Source of the DNA: Nitrosopumilus sp.
GTDB taxonomy: Archaea; Thermoproteota; Nitrososphaeria; Nitrososphaerales; Nitrosopumilaceae
DNA length: 64,000 nt
Direction of reading: 5' to 3'
Assembly: GCA_965238275.1 (NCBI GenBank)
Contig: OZ250186.1
Location: 288,001 to 352,000 of the forward strand
The position numbers were made by a program, and so were the translations under genes. Positions 38,822 through 49,801 of the stretch are shown here, in pieces (position 1 is the first letter of the stretch; every line of letters begins with the position of its first letter). The notes under the pieces were generated by a model. It searched no databases, was not told the origin of the DNA, and saw nothing but the letters and a program-made list of their open reading frames with translations.

Positions 38822-39292
38822 CTACCGCGGGTAAAACGACGGGCATTGGAGGATCATCCAGCTCACCGAAGGGGTATTCGCGCCGCAAGTGGAGCGGAGC
38901 CGGAGGCGCGGATGCAGCAGACGATCCCGGAGATTCTTGGACAGGTTCAGCAGCAAGTCGCGCTTACACTCCGACTCCCCCCTGCCGTGCCGCACCAGCT
39001 GCACCACGAGCTCCTCGAACGTTACCTCCAGTATGTCCTCGAGGAACTCGCACGTTATCTTGCGCAGCGTCCGGGTGTACTTGTCTAGGGTCTCCTTGGA
39101 CTTTATTCCCTGCGCGAACAGGTCCATTGGGGACGCGTCCTTTGCCCTTTCGATCTCGTCTTTTGCCAACTTCACGTATTCATATGCATATGGAACCCGG
39201 AAAAGCCCTGTAAATAGTGGACCGGAAGGGGTCTGCAGCGATAACAAGGCATTTTTAGGTTCCGCTGTGCCTGTAAAATCATCCAGTGTCAT
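38822..39292 (-). pseudogene. Tyrosine integrase N-terminal fragment
   Basis: LFAQGIKSKETLDKYTRTLRKI...RDLLLNLS, similar to the 41.4-42.1 kb remnant; no catalytic domain. Confidence 0.6.
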
Positions 39293-39566
39293 TCCAGCAG
39301 CAACCCGTCACCAGTTTGGATCACCTGCCAGATAACAAACCAAGCGATTTTGTGATGTGATGGAGACAGTACTTACGACGGTTGTCCCACTACCATGAAA
39401 ATTATTCACATATAGGACATGGGGTTTGAGGCATACGTACCGGGAATGCAAGTCAACATGGCTTACGGCTGTTAACTGCCGCGCCACGGCAGAACGCGTC
39501 GTTTGTCCCTTTTTACCACAACCGCCGCTACATGATGGCAGTCTTTTTTGTACTGAATTTGTAGAG

Positions 39567-39842
39567 TTAGTCTCTGCCATATACTGACTTGTGATCTCCC
39601 ACGACCACCAGCAGAATGATCTTTTGTTGGCTGATGACCTTGTAGATTAGCCGATACGAGCGTCCAAGCTCATATGCAAGGTATCCTTTGAACTTGCCTT
39701 TTTTTGGAATGCCTGCATCTTCAGGGTTTTCAGATTTTGCAAGGTGTAATATGGCATCATCCACGCGATTTTGCAGTTGTGATGAAAGTTTTTTGTAGCT
39801 GCTGACAAACAGATTTGTTCTCTCTATCCGCCACAAAATCAT
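39567..39842 (-). CDS. RelE/ParE-family toxin
   Basis: FVSSYKKL, YRLIYKV, VGDHKSVY; 91 aa. Confidence 0.85.
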   Translation of the reverse strand: MILWRIERTNLFVSSYKKLSSQLQNRVDDAILHLAKSENPEDAGIPKKGKFKGYLAYELGRSYRLIYKVISQQKIILLVVVGDHKSVYGRD

Positions 39843-39982
39843 TCAGACCTGCGAAGATCTTCTATTAGCGCTTCGGGTGTTTCAAATGATTTTGGTTTGT
39901 CCTTTCCAGATTCGTATTGTTCTATTGCATACTCTTCGTTTGGCCACAGGCTGTCTGTCGCAGCCTGTTTTGTTTCTGACAT
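39839..39982 (-). CDS. Putative antitoxin, 47 aa (not in ORF track)
   Basis: MSETKQAATDSLWPNEEYAIEQYESGKDKPKSFETPEALIEDLRRSE; ATGA overlap with the toxin. Confidence 0.75.
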   Translation of the reverse strand: MSETKQAATDSLWPNEEYAIEQYESGKDKPKSFETPEALIEDLRRSE

Positions 39983-40025
39983 GCATTACAATGCCTCTCG
40001 TTGTTTTTAAGATTGTCCATCTTTC

Positions 40026-41379
40026 AACTCTGTTTCCTAATTACGCTCGACACAGATACTCGTCTGTGCAATTCTGCCTACGTCGTCGTCTTGCCCCCTT
40101 CCCTTGCAGTCCTTGGGCCGGGCTTGTAGGCTTGCACGATCCTTGGCGTGCCGTACCCGTTGTCGATTGCAGTATCGATCATCTGGTTGTACAGCTGCAC
40201 CTTTCCGTATATCTCGGCCTTGACGTTCTCCCACTTGCGCGCGCTTATGCACTCGCCCAACACCCGCTTGAACGTGGAAAATACAATCTCGACTGACCAC
40301 CGGTCGTTGTACCCTGACTCCCTGCGCCACGCCTTCTGGAATTCCCTCTTTTGTTCGCGCGTGAGGCCTGCAAACTTGCGTTCTGCCGTCTTGTCCATGC
40401 AGTCCAGGTCCCCCAGCTGCCTGAATCCTGCCTCCTTGCGGGGCATGCACCCGTTCGCCTTTCCGGCAAAGTCGATGCGGACGGGAATCAGCGGCTCGAT
40501 TCCCTGCTCGTCGCAGTACCTGCGGATCTTCTGGGTGTCGTACGCGCCGTCGGCTGCCGCCTTGGTGCCTGCAGAAGTGTCTGAGTTTGGTGATTTTTTT
40601 GCATTTGCAAGGGCCTGCCCCACCAGTTCCTCAAACTGCGGAGAGTCCCCGCACTTGTCGTCGGTTATGGCCACGGCGTAGATCTTTTTGGTTTTGGCAT
40701 CCACCCCGACGTGCAGCTTTATGAAGCCCCGCCTGGTCCCCCACTTTTCTGTCATCCAGTCGCCGCGGTTTGTGGGCTTGAGTCCAGTGGAGTCGAAGGC
40801 AAACAGCTTGATCTCGGCCCGGGTGCCGCCGTCTGAGAACCACGCAGAAGCCGTGCCGCTACCATCATCATTGTCTGCAACAGTGCAGCCAAGCTTGGCC
40901 ATCCTCTTCTGGAACGCCGAGTACGTGGGCGCGTTTTCCTTGCCGACTATCGTCTCTGCCAGACCCTGGAGCTGCCTGTACCTTATGCCGGTGGCGTTTT
41001 TGAACAGGGATGCTGCTGCAAAGCACGCGTTTGAAAATACGTACGGGCGGCCTACCTTCCCGCAGTTTAGCTTCTCGACTCCCTGAGTCAGGATCTCCGG
41101 GCTTATCTGGAGCGTCCACAACTGGCCGCGGTCTATGTACCTGCGGTCATCGTACTGGAACCGGCGTTCTTTGGATTTGAAAGATTTTTTAGCCTCATGC
41201 GTGCCCGTTTTGTCTGGAGAGGATGTGTTTTCAGTCATGGCGGTAACCTGACTGTCTGCACACCTCTCTGATCAATACGGTTTTCTATTGAAGATGTTTG
41301 ATATTATGTTCAAATTCAACTGATCTGGCCTAATTCTGAACCTGTTGGGTGTGACTGGCGATAATTAGGAAACAGAGTT
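40026..41379 (-). mobile_element. IS5-family element, copy 2, 1354 bp
   Basis: Same TIRs as copy 1; 8-bp TSD CATCTTTC (40018-40025, 41380-41387). Confidence 0.93.
40078..41238 (-). CDS. IS5-family DDE transposase
   Basis: One amino acid different from 10716-11876. Confidence 0.93.
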   Translation of the reverse strand: MTENTSSPDKTGTHEAKKSFKSKERRFQYDDRRYIDRGQLWTLQISPEILTQGVEKLNCGKVGRPYVFSNACFAAASLFKNATGIRYRQLQGLAETIVGKENAPTYSAFQKRMAKLGCTVADNDDGSGTASAWFSDGGTRAEIKLFAFDSTGLKPTNRGDWMTEKWGTRRGFIKLHVGVDAKTKKIYAVAITDDKCGDSPQFEELVGQALANAKKSPNSDTSAGTKAAADGAYDTQKIRRYCDEQGIEPLIPVRIDFAGKANGCMPRKEAGFRQLGDLDCMDKTAERKFAGLTREQKREFQKAWRRESGYNDRWSVEIVFSTFKRVLGECISARKWENVKAEIYGKVQLYNQMIDTAIDNGYGTPRIVQAYKPGPRTAREGGKTTT

Positions 41380-41387
41380 CATCTTTC

Positions 41388-42139
41388 AGGCAGAACCATC
41401 GCCTCAAGGCGGCACCGGGTCCAAAATAGGCAGCAGGCGGTAACGGGCGCCCCATGCGCTCGGCCCACGCGTGGTCGTACAGTTGCAACGCGTCGTACGC
41501 CTCCAGCGTTATGAATGTCATTACAGGTAGGCCGAACCGCAGTACACGTACAGTGCAGCGCACGCTACCAGGTAGCTTTCAGTCTCTGGATCCAGCAAGA
41601 GGTCTTCTCCTACCCGGTACACCGGCACCAGATCTTTCCAGTTCATGTCCAGTGCGCCGCACCGCACGCCCGAGCTTGCCAGCACCAACACCAGCACTTT
41701 TTCCACCTGGGGGCGCGCGTACTTGAGCATCATCATTACGTCCTACCGGGTTCAGTCCACCAAATCGGACATGTTGTCTGATTCCGGGTACGTCGCGTAG
41801 AGTCTCTTTCACAGGATCGCCACGTAGTTCATGTCAAAGTGGTTCTTGATCGTTTTGAAGTAGTTGCCAAACGATGCCGGGTTCAGGCAGTCGGAATCAC
41901 CCCTGGGAAGCAGCGTTGTCCTCCTGCAATTTTCGGGACACGTTGAGTATCAGGTCGCGCGTCCATTCCGGATCCTTCTTGGTGTGCGTGACCAGCTACG
42001 CGTTCTTTGAACTCGTCTTCCAGCATCTCCTCAAGGAAGCTGCACGGGACTTGGCGCAGCGTCCTAGTGTACTTTTCCAGCGGCGGCGGCGGGATATTGC
42101 GTCCTTCCTTCTAACGATCTTGTCTTTTGTCGACTTCAT
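41388..42139 (-). pseudogene. Decayed tyrosine recombinase/integrase
   Basis: EKYTRTLRQ, NYFKTIKNHFDMN, VLASSGVRCGAL (catalytic Arg box) spread across frames with several stops. Confidence 0.72.
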
Positions 42140-42590
42140 ATATTCAGATACTAGGAAACCCAGAAAAATTATGTTAATAGAATGGACAGGAAGGAATTTG
42201 GTATGAAATTGTAACTTTTTTAGGTTCCGCCGTGCCTGCAAAATCATCTCACCCATCACATTCTTTGAACCGACTGTACAGAACCGGTTGAAATGGTACG
42301 GTCTGGAGGCAGATTCGTTCCAATATAGATCCGTGCCCTGACTGAGTCGTTCTCGGACAACACAGTACTTCGTAGTAGCATACCATGACACATTATCAGG
42401 CATCAATCCACCATAGTTATATCAGGAACCGTTCTGACACAGGTTATCCCATAGTTTGTGGTTTGATTGGTTCGATTTTGCCTGAACTTGTTTGTGTCAC
42501 TATAGTTACATTCGAATACCGCGTGTGAGAAACTTTCATATCGATATATTTGAGAATCAATTCTAGATATAGGTGCACAGGGCATACGTA

Positions 42591-42650
42591 TTTTATAACA
42601 TGCTTCCAAGTTTTCATAACAGCCGTATAATTTTTATAACATGCTTCCAA
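42591..42650 (+). promoter_or_regulatory. Direct repeats upstream of dndB, candidate operator
   Basis: ttttataacatgcttccaa at 42591 and 42632, with a degenerate unit between them. Confidence 0.55.
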
Positions 42651-42660
42651 AAAACATAAT

Positions 42661-43740
42661 GTGATTAGGCAAACACTACATGAAGATGAGGCTGCAAGTG
42701 CCATGACATTTCCTGCAACCCGGGGAATGCAGGCGGGGCGTGTGTTTTACGTATTCATGTGTGATTTTGCCACCATTGGTAATTACTTCAAGTTTGGTAA
42801 TGATTCTGGCATACCACCGAACATGAGGGCCCAACGTAGGATCCAGAATACGCGCGTGCCAAGAATCACATCATACATCCTGGATAATCCAGACAGCTAT
42901 GTCTTTTCTGCCATCACAGTCTCCGTAGATAAAAAGATACTTTTTGAACCAACACCGCAGAATGACTCCGAAAGTAAGGTAGGCATAATAAGAATCCCCA
43001 GCAATGCCAAGATCCTGGTAAATGACGGGCAACACAGATGCGCGGCAATCCGATCCGCATGTGAGGATGATGCACGTGTCGGAACAGAGAGGATTGCCGT
43101 GGTGGCCTTTGAGGATCGCGGACTCAAGAGAAGCCAGCAGATGTTTGCCGATCTCAATAAACATGCGGTAAAGCCTACAAGATCACTCGGACTACTATAT
43201 GATCACAGGGACACGTTTGCAAGATTCATAGTGACGCTGGTCAACGACGTTGACATATTCTATGGCCGGACTGAGATGGAACGTACCAACATCTCGAACC
43301 GCTCCACGACATTCGTGACCCTGAACGGAGTGGCCGATGCGACAAGATACCTACTAAAGCTGAAAACAAAATCCATCTCCGCCGAGAAGCAAAAGCTTGC
43401 GGTGGAATATTGGAGTAGGGTATCTGCAAATATACCTGAATGGAACCTGCTGCTACAGGGAAAGATAAAGCCATACGATCTCAGAAAAACATATGTTCAT
43501 GCACACACGAACATCCTGAACGCGCTCGGACTAGTTGGGCATGTCCTGACGCAGCGAAATGATTGGAGGGAGAGGTTAAAGGGCCTTCAGAAGATTGACT
43601 GGAGAAAGAGCAGCCCGATATGGCAGAACAATGTGGTAATGGACGGCAAGATGCTCAAGAATAGGCTCGGGATAAAGAGGGCGGCAAACATGATACTTGA
43701 GAATCTTGGTGTTTACGAAACCGTGGACACGGGTTTCTGA
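42661..43740 (+). CDS. dndB: DNA sulfur modification protein DndB (DGQHR domain)
   Basis: RAQR, YVFSAIT, NDGQHR, SQQMFADLN, LYDHRD. Confidence 0.92.
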   Translation: MIRQTLHEDEAASAMTFPATRGMQAGRVFYVFMCDFATIGNYFKFGNDSGIPPNMRAQRRIQNTRVPRITSYILDNPDSYVFSAITVSVDKKILFEPTPQNDSESKVGIIRIPSNAKILVNDGQHRCAAIRSACEDDARVGTERIAVVAFEDRGLKRSQQMFADLNKHAVKPTRSLGLLYDHRDTFARFIVTLVNDVDIFYGRTEMERTNISNRSTTFVTLNGVADATRYLLKLKTKSISAEKQKLAVEYWSRVSANIPEWNLLLQGKIKPYDLRKTYVHAHTNILNALGLVGHVLTQRNDWRERLKGLQKIDWRKSSPIWQNNVVMDGKMLKNRLGIKRAANMILENLGVYETVDTGF

Positions 43741-43742
43741 TC

Positions 43743-45251
43743 ATGCCTTCTGAATCATTCTTCAAGTCGCACACGCTTGAGAACATCTACAGTGAGATAA
43801 GGCAGGTGTATCTCGGAGACAACAGGCCGTGGATCCTTGGATTTAGCGGCGGCAAGGACTCCACATGCATGGTTCAACTCATCTGGAACGCATTATCCGA
43901 TCTTCCCGCCGAGAAGATTCACAAGAGATTGTTCATAATCTCCTCGGACACGCTAGTCGAGTCACCGAAGGTCGTTGAGCAGATAACCGGAGCACTTGAC
44001 ATGATGGAAAAGGCATCAAAAAAATCACACCTTCCCATATCCACCAATCTGGTACGGCCCGTAATCGAGGACACGTTCTGGGTGTGCCTTCTGGGCAAGG
44101 GATTCCCCGCTCCAAGCAACCTGTTCAGATGGTGCACGGAGCGATTAAAGATAAGGAATGCAGACAGGTTCATCCAAGACAGGGTATCTGAGTACGGCGA
44201 GGCAATTGTGGTGCTCGGTACAAGAAAGGATGAGAGCGGTTCCAGGCAACAACTGATGAACCTGTACGAGATAGACGGAAGCCTGCTATCGCGCCATTCC
44301 AAGTTTGCCCAGACTTACGTCTATACCCCACTACGTGACTTTACGGCAGAGGATGTGTGGAATTACTTGCTACAGAAGAAAAACCCGTGGGGTGCAAACA
44401 ACCGGGATCTGTTGGCACTGTACCAGAACGCAAACGCCTCGGAATGCCCACTTGTGGTAGATGCCAGCACACCGTCGTGCGGCAACAGCCGGTTCGGATG
44501 CTGGACGTGCACTGTGGTTACAGATGATTCCTCACTTCGGAACACCATCGAGAACGGCGAGGAATGGATGGAACCGTTGCTTGAGCTTCGCGAGGAGCTA
44601 AAGGAAACGCAAGATCCAGTTAAGAGAGCAGAGGTTCGATCCCTCAAGCGTAGGATTGGACACATGAAACTCATTGATGACGCACGCAGAAAGGGCTTTG
44701 ACAAGAAAATTCAAGAATCCAAAATGGAACAGAAGGCAGGCGGGGACCACAACCAGGATGATCCGTACTCCAAACTGGTCCCGGGGCCATACACCCTGGA
44801 ATTCTGCCAAGAGTTTCTAGAAAAACTCCTCAGGGCACAGAAAAAGGTAAGGCAGAACGGGCCAGATCCACACATGATGCTCATATTGGATGAGGAGATT
44901 CACGAGATTCAGAGGATATGGAGGATAGAGCGCGGCGACTGGAAGAACACTGCATACCAGATATACGAAAGGATATTAGGCGAGAGGCTCATCCCGCCGC
45001 ATGAGGATCTGGGGGGATTCGGGGCCATCGAACAAAGCGTGCTGGAGGAGATCTGCCAGAAGAACAACGTTCCGACACTGCTAGTCTCCAAACTGCTAAA
45101 CGCCGAACATGAATCCCAAGGCATGGCACAGCATTCCAAAATATATCCAAAGATAAACAAGATACTCGCCGAAGAGTGGAGAGAAGACATGGATGAGATA
45201 ATCCATGACCTTGAGCGCCAAAAGAACACGAAAAAGGAGTTCGGCGGGTAG
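43743..45251 (+). CDS. dndC: Phosphorothioation sulfurtransferase DndC
   Basis: PWILGFSGGKDST, RWCTERLKI, ECPLVVD, SCGNSRFGCWTCTVV. Confidence 0.95.
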   Translation: MPSESFFKSHTLENIYSEIRQVYLGDNRPWILGFSGGKDSTCMVQLIWNALSDLPAEKIHKRLFIISSDTLVESPKVVEQITGALDMMEKASKKSHLPISTNLVRPVIEDTFWVCLLGKGFPAPSNLFRWCTERLKIRNADRFIQDRVSEYGEAIVVLGTRKDESGSRQQLMNLYEIDGSLLSRHSKFAQTYVYTPLRDFTAEDVWNYLLQKKNPWGANNRDLLALYQNANASECPLVVDASTPSCGNSRFGCWTCTVVTDDSSLRNTIENGEEWMEPLLELREELKETQDPVKRAEVRSLKRRIGHMKLIDDARRKGFDKKIQESKMEQKAGGDHNQDDPYSKLVPGPYTLEFCQEFLEKLLRAQKKVRQNGPDPHMMLILDEEIHEIQRIWRIERGDWKNTAYQIYERILGERLIPPHEDLGGFGAIEQSVLEEICQKNNVPTLLVSKLLNAEHESQGMAQHSKIYPKINKILAEEWREDMDEIIHDLERQKNTKKEFGG

Positions 45252-45254
45252 TAA

Positions 45255-47300
45255 TTGATCGTAACTAAGGTGATATTGCAAGATTACGGCGTGTATCGTG
45301 GCAGAAACGAGTTTGACTTTACGTGCACGGAAAAGAAGCCGATTGTACTGATTGGTGGGACGAACGGTGCTGGAAAGACCACACTCTTCGAATCCATAAT
45401 GCTCTGTCTTTACGGTATATCCACAATGGGAAAGAGAAGCACGAAAAAGGCGTACAACAAGTTCCTTACGCGAAAAATTCACCGGTATCTAAAGAGTGCA
45501 ACACCTGCGGATCACGCATCCATCACGGTACAGTTCAAGTTCTTTCACAACGGCCAGGAGACAGAGTACTGCGTGGAGCGCTCGTGGAGAAAGGAGGACG
45601 GCGTGGTGGACGAGCAGCTTACAGTCAAGAAGCGCAGCCCGGATCAGAACGACTTTGGTTCTCTGGAGGCGATAGAAAAATCATACTGGCAGTCGTTCAT
45701 AGAGGATCTCATCCCGAAGGGGATAGTAAAGCTGTTCTTCTTTGACGGAGAAAAAATAGTCGGGATCGCAAGGGAGGGCACAGAAGATATCACCATCAAA
45801 GAGTCCTTCAAGTCACTTCTCGGCTTGGAAATCGTAGAGCAACTGCGTGCAGACCTGCAAGTCAACCTGACCAGAAACCTCACCGGTGGCAGCAAGTCGC
45901 TACAGCAGGACTTTGAAAAATACAAGGCAGAGAAGGATGAAAGCATGCACAACACGGAAAGACTGAGGGATAAGCTTGCCCAGAAACAATCTGAGATGGA
46001 CTCGCTGCGCATGGAGATTGATAGTATGGAGGCTAGGATCTCAAAGATAGGCGGCAAGTTTGCCACCGGGCGCGAGGCAGCCAAGGAAAAGCTTGCAGCA
46101 ATAAAGATTATCCACGACAGCATACAGCATAGAATCACGGAGCTGTGCTCCGGCGTACTGCCGTTTGCAATCATACCTACTGTTCTTGAAAGACTATCAG
46201 AGCAGATCCGGACTGATGAGTCAATCCAGCAACAGAGAATTGGACAGAAACTACTCGATTCCAAATTCAAAAAGATCACAGCCAGAATCAGGACGCAGAA
46301 ATTCTGGAATGATGCGGATCTCGATGCAGACAGCAGGGACAAGACAGTTTCCATGATATACGATCTGTTGGAAGAGGAGAGGGTATTGTCAGAGCCGCGC
46401 AGCAAGCCGGTATTTGGATTCTCGACCTTGCAGGTATCTAGGGTTACCAGCATAATCCAGCAGGCAAATACTACTGCACTGCAGAGTCTCAAAAAAGACA
46501 CCGAGAAGATAATAGACGTAGAGGAGACAATATCCCAGCTGGAGACCTCGATTGCAAACGCGCCAAGCGATGATGAGATCGGATCCCTAGTGTCCGAGAT
46601 CGGCAAGATGCACACACGAGCGGGCGCACTTCAGACAGAGATGGACCACATAGAGGAAAGGATATCCAGCAACATTTCCCTAAGGCAGCACCTTGACGCG
46701 AAGCTGCGGGATATTGTATCCCAGATTTACAAGAATGAAAAGTCAAAACAGCACGTGAAACTGACGCAGGATGTCCAGAACGTACTAGAGGAGTTTGTCG
46801 AGAAACTGAAGGCCAGAAAGATACATCTTTTAGAAAAATACTTGCTAGAGTCGACTAGGACACTCATGCACAAGAAAAGCCTCATCGGAAGGGTCAGGGT
46901 CGATCCGGACACATTCGAGGTCATGCTGTTCAGAAAAAACGATGATCTCCTCCCCAAGAATCTCCTATCAGAAGGAGAGAAACAGATGTTTGCAATGGCC
47001 ATCCTGTGGGCTCTGGCCAAGACATCGGGCAGGCCGCTACCGTTCGTGATTGACACGCCGCTTGCAAGACTTGACGAGGGTCACAGGACAAGCATAGTTG
47101 AAAAGTTCCTCCCTGTCGCGTCGCACCAAGTCCTGATATTCTCAACTGACAAGGAGATAGAGTATGAGGATTCTAGAAAGCTGGAGCCGTACGTGGCCAG
47201 ATCATACGCGATGGAGTACGTTGAGGATGAGGGAACCACGAAAAAGCACGACAGCTACTTTTGGAACAAGGAGGGAAAGAGGATTGTTGCGGTTCAGTAG
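45255..47300 (+). CDS. dndD: SMC-like ATPase DndD
   Basis: GGTNGAGKTT, FFFDGEKI, LSEGEKQ, IDTPLARLD, FSTDKEI. Confidence 0.95.
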   Translation: MIVTKVILQDYGVYRGRNEFDFTCTEKKPIVLIGGTNGAGKTTLFESIMLCLYGISTMGKRSTKKAYNKFLTRKIHRYLKSATPADHASITVQFKFFHNGQETEYCVERSWRKEDGVVDEQLTVKKRSPDQNDFGSLEAIEKSYWQSFIEDLIPKGIVKLFFFDGEKIVGIAREGTEDITIKESFKSLLGLEIVEQLRADLQVNLTRNLTGGSKSLQQDFEKYKAEKDESMHNTERLRDKLAQKQSEMDSLRMEIDSMEARISKIGGKFATGREAAKEKLAAIKIIHDSIQHRITELCSGVLPFAIIPTVLERLSEQIRTDESIQQQRIGQKLLDSKFKKITARIRTQKFWNDADLDADSRDKTVSMIYDLLEEERVLSEPRSKPVFGFSTLQVSRVTSIIQQANTTALQSLKKDTEKIIDVEETISQLETSIANAPSDDEIGSLVSEIGKMHTRAGALQTEMDHIEERISSNISLRQHLDAKLRDIVSQIYKNEKSKQHVKLTQDVQNVLEEFVEKLKARKIHLLEKYLLESTRTLMHKKSLIGRVRVDPDTFEVMLFRKNDDLLPKNLLSEGEKQMFAMAILWALAKTSGRPLPFVIDTPLARLDEGHRTSIVEKFLPVASHQVLIFSTDKEIEYEDSRKLEPYVARSYAMEYVEDEGTTKKHDSYFWNKEGKRIVAVQ

Positions 47301-47670
47301 GCTGAGGATGAGCTACCGCTCGCAGAACCTGCTTGCGCAGCTGAAGGCCAGGACGGGCCTTACGCCGAACATCACGGGAAGGTTTGCCATCTGCATGTCG
47401 CTCAATGATCCATCTCCGCCAAATCCCGAAGAGTTTGATGAGAACGGCTCTGAGATACACCCGTCGGTACTGTTTGGTGAGTACGAGGACATCTTCATGG
47501 CAGTCATGGTCATGCGGCTGAGAAAAGACGGACTTGATCCGCAGCTGTACCTTAACAGGATGGTCAGGGCGCACTTTAACCGCGGCACGATCGCATTGTT
47601 TGCCAGGGTGCATGACTTGGTTGACTTTGACCGGATCGTGCGGCAAGAGAGAGAGGCGCAATCTGGATGA
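47287..47670 (+). CDS. dndE: DndE
   Basis: LKARTGLTPNITGRFAICMSL, LFGEY, AHFNRG; TTG start inferred. Confidence 0.9.
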   Translation: MRFSRLRMSYRSQNLLAQLKARTGLTPNITGRFAICMSLNDPSPPNPEEFDENGSEIHPSVLFGEYEDIFMAVMVMRLRKDGLDPQLYLNRMVRAHFNRGTIALFARVHDLVDFDRIVRQEREAQSG

Positions 47671-48827
47671 ATCTTCCCGTATACCTCGATCACCATGCTA
47701 CTACACCATTGGATCCGCTAGTGTTGGATGCCATGATGCCATATCTGACCGAGCGATTCGGCAACGCATCCAGTCTGGATCATCAGTACGGGTATGAAGC
47801 ATCAGTAGCAGTAGATGATGCCCGGGCAAAAGTGGCGAAGCTTGTAGGTGCGAGGCACGACGAGATTATCTTCACCAGCGGTGCCACGGAATCGGATAAC
47901 TTGGCACTAGTTGGCGCAATGGAAAGATTCCGGGGCAATAGGAACCACCTGATTACGTGTGTAACCGAACACAAAGCGGTGCTGGACACGGCACGTCACT
48001 TGGAAAGTATTGGGAAAAATGTAACATACATGTCAGTCGACGAGTTTGGGGACGTCAACCTTGGAGATCTCGAGGAAACGATCACGGACGAAACAGTTAT
48101 GATATCTGTAATGGTAGCCAACAACGAAGTCGGAACCATAGCCGACGTCAAGAAAATAGGCAAGATAGCCCACAAGCATGGTGTGCTGTTTCACACAGAC
48201 GCAGCTCAGGCGGCAGGACACATTCCGCTGAACGTGAAGGAAATGAGCATAGACCTGATGTCTTTCTCCGCACACAAAATGTACGGTCCCAAGGGAATTG
48301 GCGCTCTGTACGTGCGCGGAATACGCCCTAGGGTGGGACTCGACCCAATTCTGCACGGCGGCGGACAGGAACGAAACATGCGCCCTGGCACATACAACGT
48401 TCCATCCATAGTGGGGTTTGGTAGAGCAGCGGAGATTGCAAACAACGAGATGGACAAAGAGCAGACCAGATTCGCAGATTGGTCAACCAAGATCGTCAAC
48501 GAGCTCGGCAAGGTGGGTGCTTTGCTTAACGGGCACCCAGAACATCGCCTGAAACACAACATCAACGTCTGCTTCCCAGGTATTGAGGGAAAAGCCATAA
48601 TCAACTCGGTGTCCAAGTATCTGGCCATATCGGCCGGCTCCGCGTGTACGACGCAGACAGTGGAACCGTCTCACGTGCTAATGGCAATGGGTCTGGGAGA
48701 AGAACGTGCCCACTCGTCTATTCGGCTCGGGCTGGGTAGATTCAACACAGACGAAGAGATAGACTATGCCATAAACAAGATCGTGTCGCAAACAGCCATG
48801 ATCTCCAGCATAGGGGTGAGTGGGTAA
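47667..48827 (+). CDS. dndA: Cysteine desulfurase DndA/IscS
   Basis: YLDHHATTP, FTSGATES, SAHKMYGPKG, SAGSAC; located in the dnd operon. Confidence 0.9.
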   Translation: MNLPVYLDHHATTPLDPLVLDAMMPYLTERFGNASSLDHQYGYEASVAVDDARAKVAKLVGARHDEIIFTSGATESDNLALVGAMERFRGNRNHLITCVTEHKAVLDTARHLESIGKNVTYMSVDEFGDVNLGDLEETITDETVMISVMVANNEVGTIADVKKIGKIAHKHGVLFHTDAAQAAGHIPLNVKEMSIDLMSFSAHKMYGPKGIGALYVRGIRPRVGLDPILHGGGQERNMRPGTYNVPSIVGFGRAAEIANNEMDKEQTRFADWSTKIVNELGKVGALLNGHPEHRLKHNINVCFPGIEGKAIINSVSKYLAISAGSACTTQTVEPSHVLMAMGLGEERAHSSIRLGLGRFNTDEEIDYAINKIVSQTAMISSIGVSG

Positions 48828-49801
48828 TGGATTCTGTTACAGATCACAAACCCCTAGGGGATCCTGACGGATGCTTGGAATGCGCTGGATCTGATGCAAG
48901 CGACTTTGTGGTTGTAGTGGGTAAAAAGGATGAGGAGAGATTCAGAAAATTTGCTATCGGTGAAGACAAGGCCATAATAGAGAACATAGAAGCATTACCT
49001 GAGGTGAATCGCGTCTGGGCACTACGGAGTAAGCGCACATCCGATGTCATATGGTCGAAGATCCATAGTGGAAATCGTGTATTCTTCGCACGCTACGGGA
49101 TGCCCTTCTCGCACCTAGGCATAGTTTTGGGAACGTTGGTTGATGAGTCAGTGGCAACCCGCTTGTGGGGAGACACGCCACAGGTGCGCCAGCTTGACAG
49201 GTTGGTGCTGTTCTCCTCAGTCCAGAAAATCTCAAAGCAGTTTGGCAAGACATGCAATCTGGCCGGCATAAGACCAACCCCGTTCACATCAATCTACGTA
49301 GCCAAGAATCTGATACTCACTTTTGTGAAACCGGATTCCCGACATCTCGACATGGGGCCTGCTGGCGTCATGATGTTGGACGGTGGCACAAATGGTACCG
49401 TGATGTTAGAATCTGGCGTAGCCGGACCGCCTAAGAGAGTGACAGAAGCGGTAACTAGATTCTTGCGTGATACGGAGAAGGTAAAGCAGCTAAAGTCCAA
49501 ATATCAAGGCAAGTGTCAGATCTGCGGGTACGTGCTGCGACGGCTGGAAGGTGGCATGTACAGTGAGGTACATCACTTACGCCCTCTCAAGGACGACGGT
49601 GACGATGACTTTGGAAACATGCTGAATCTGTGCGCCAACCACCACGTGGAGTTTGACTATCTCTTGATCGGGGTATTAGAGGATTGCCAGACAGTTGTAG
49701 ACATACATGGAAACAGAATGGGAACCCTCACATTTAACAGGGGACATGAATTGACTCGTAAGAATATCCTGTTCCACCTGAAGAGGATGGGAATGAAATG
49801 A
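48827..49801 (+). CDS. HNH endonuclease with uncharacterised N-terminal domain
   Basis: CQICG...EVHHLRPL...NMLNLCANHHVEFD. Confidence 0.85.
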   Translation: MDSVTDHKPLGDPDGCLECAGSDASDFVVVVGKKDEERFRKFAIGEDKAIIENIEALPEVNRVWALRSKRTSDVIWSKIHSGNRVFFARYGMPFSHLGIVLGTLVDESVATRLWGDTPQVRQLDRLVLFSSVQKISKQFGKTCNLAGIRPTPFTSIYVAKNLILTFVKPDSRHLDMGPAGVMMLDGGTNGTVMLESGVAGPPKRVTEAVTRFLRDTEKVKQLKSKYQGKCQICGYVLRRLEGGMYSEVHHLRPLKDDGDDDFGNMLNLCANHHVEFDYLLIGVLEDCQTVVDIHGNRMGTLTFNRGHELTRKNILFHLKRMGMK

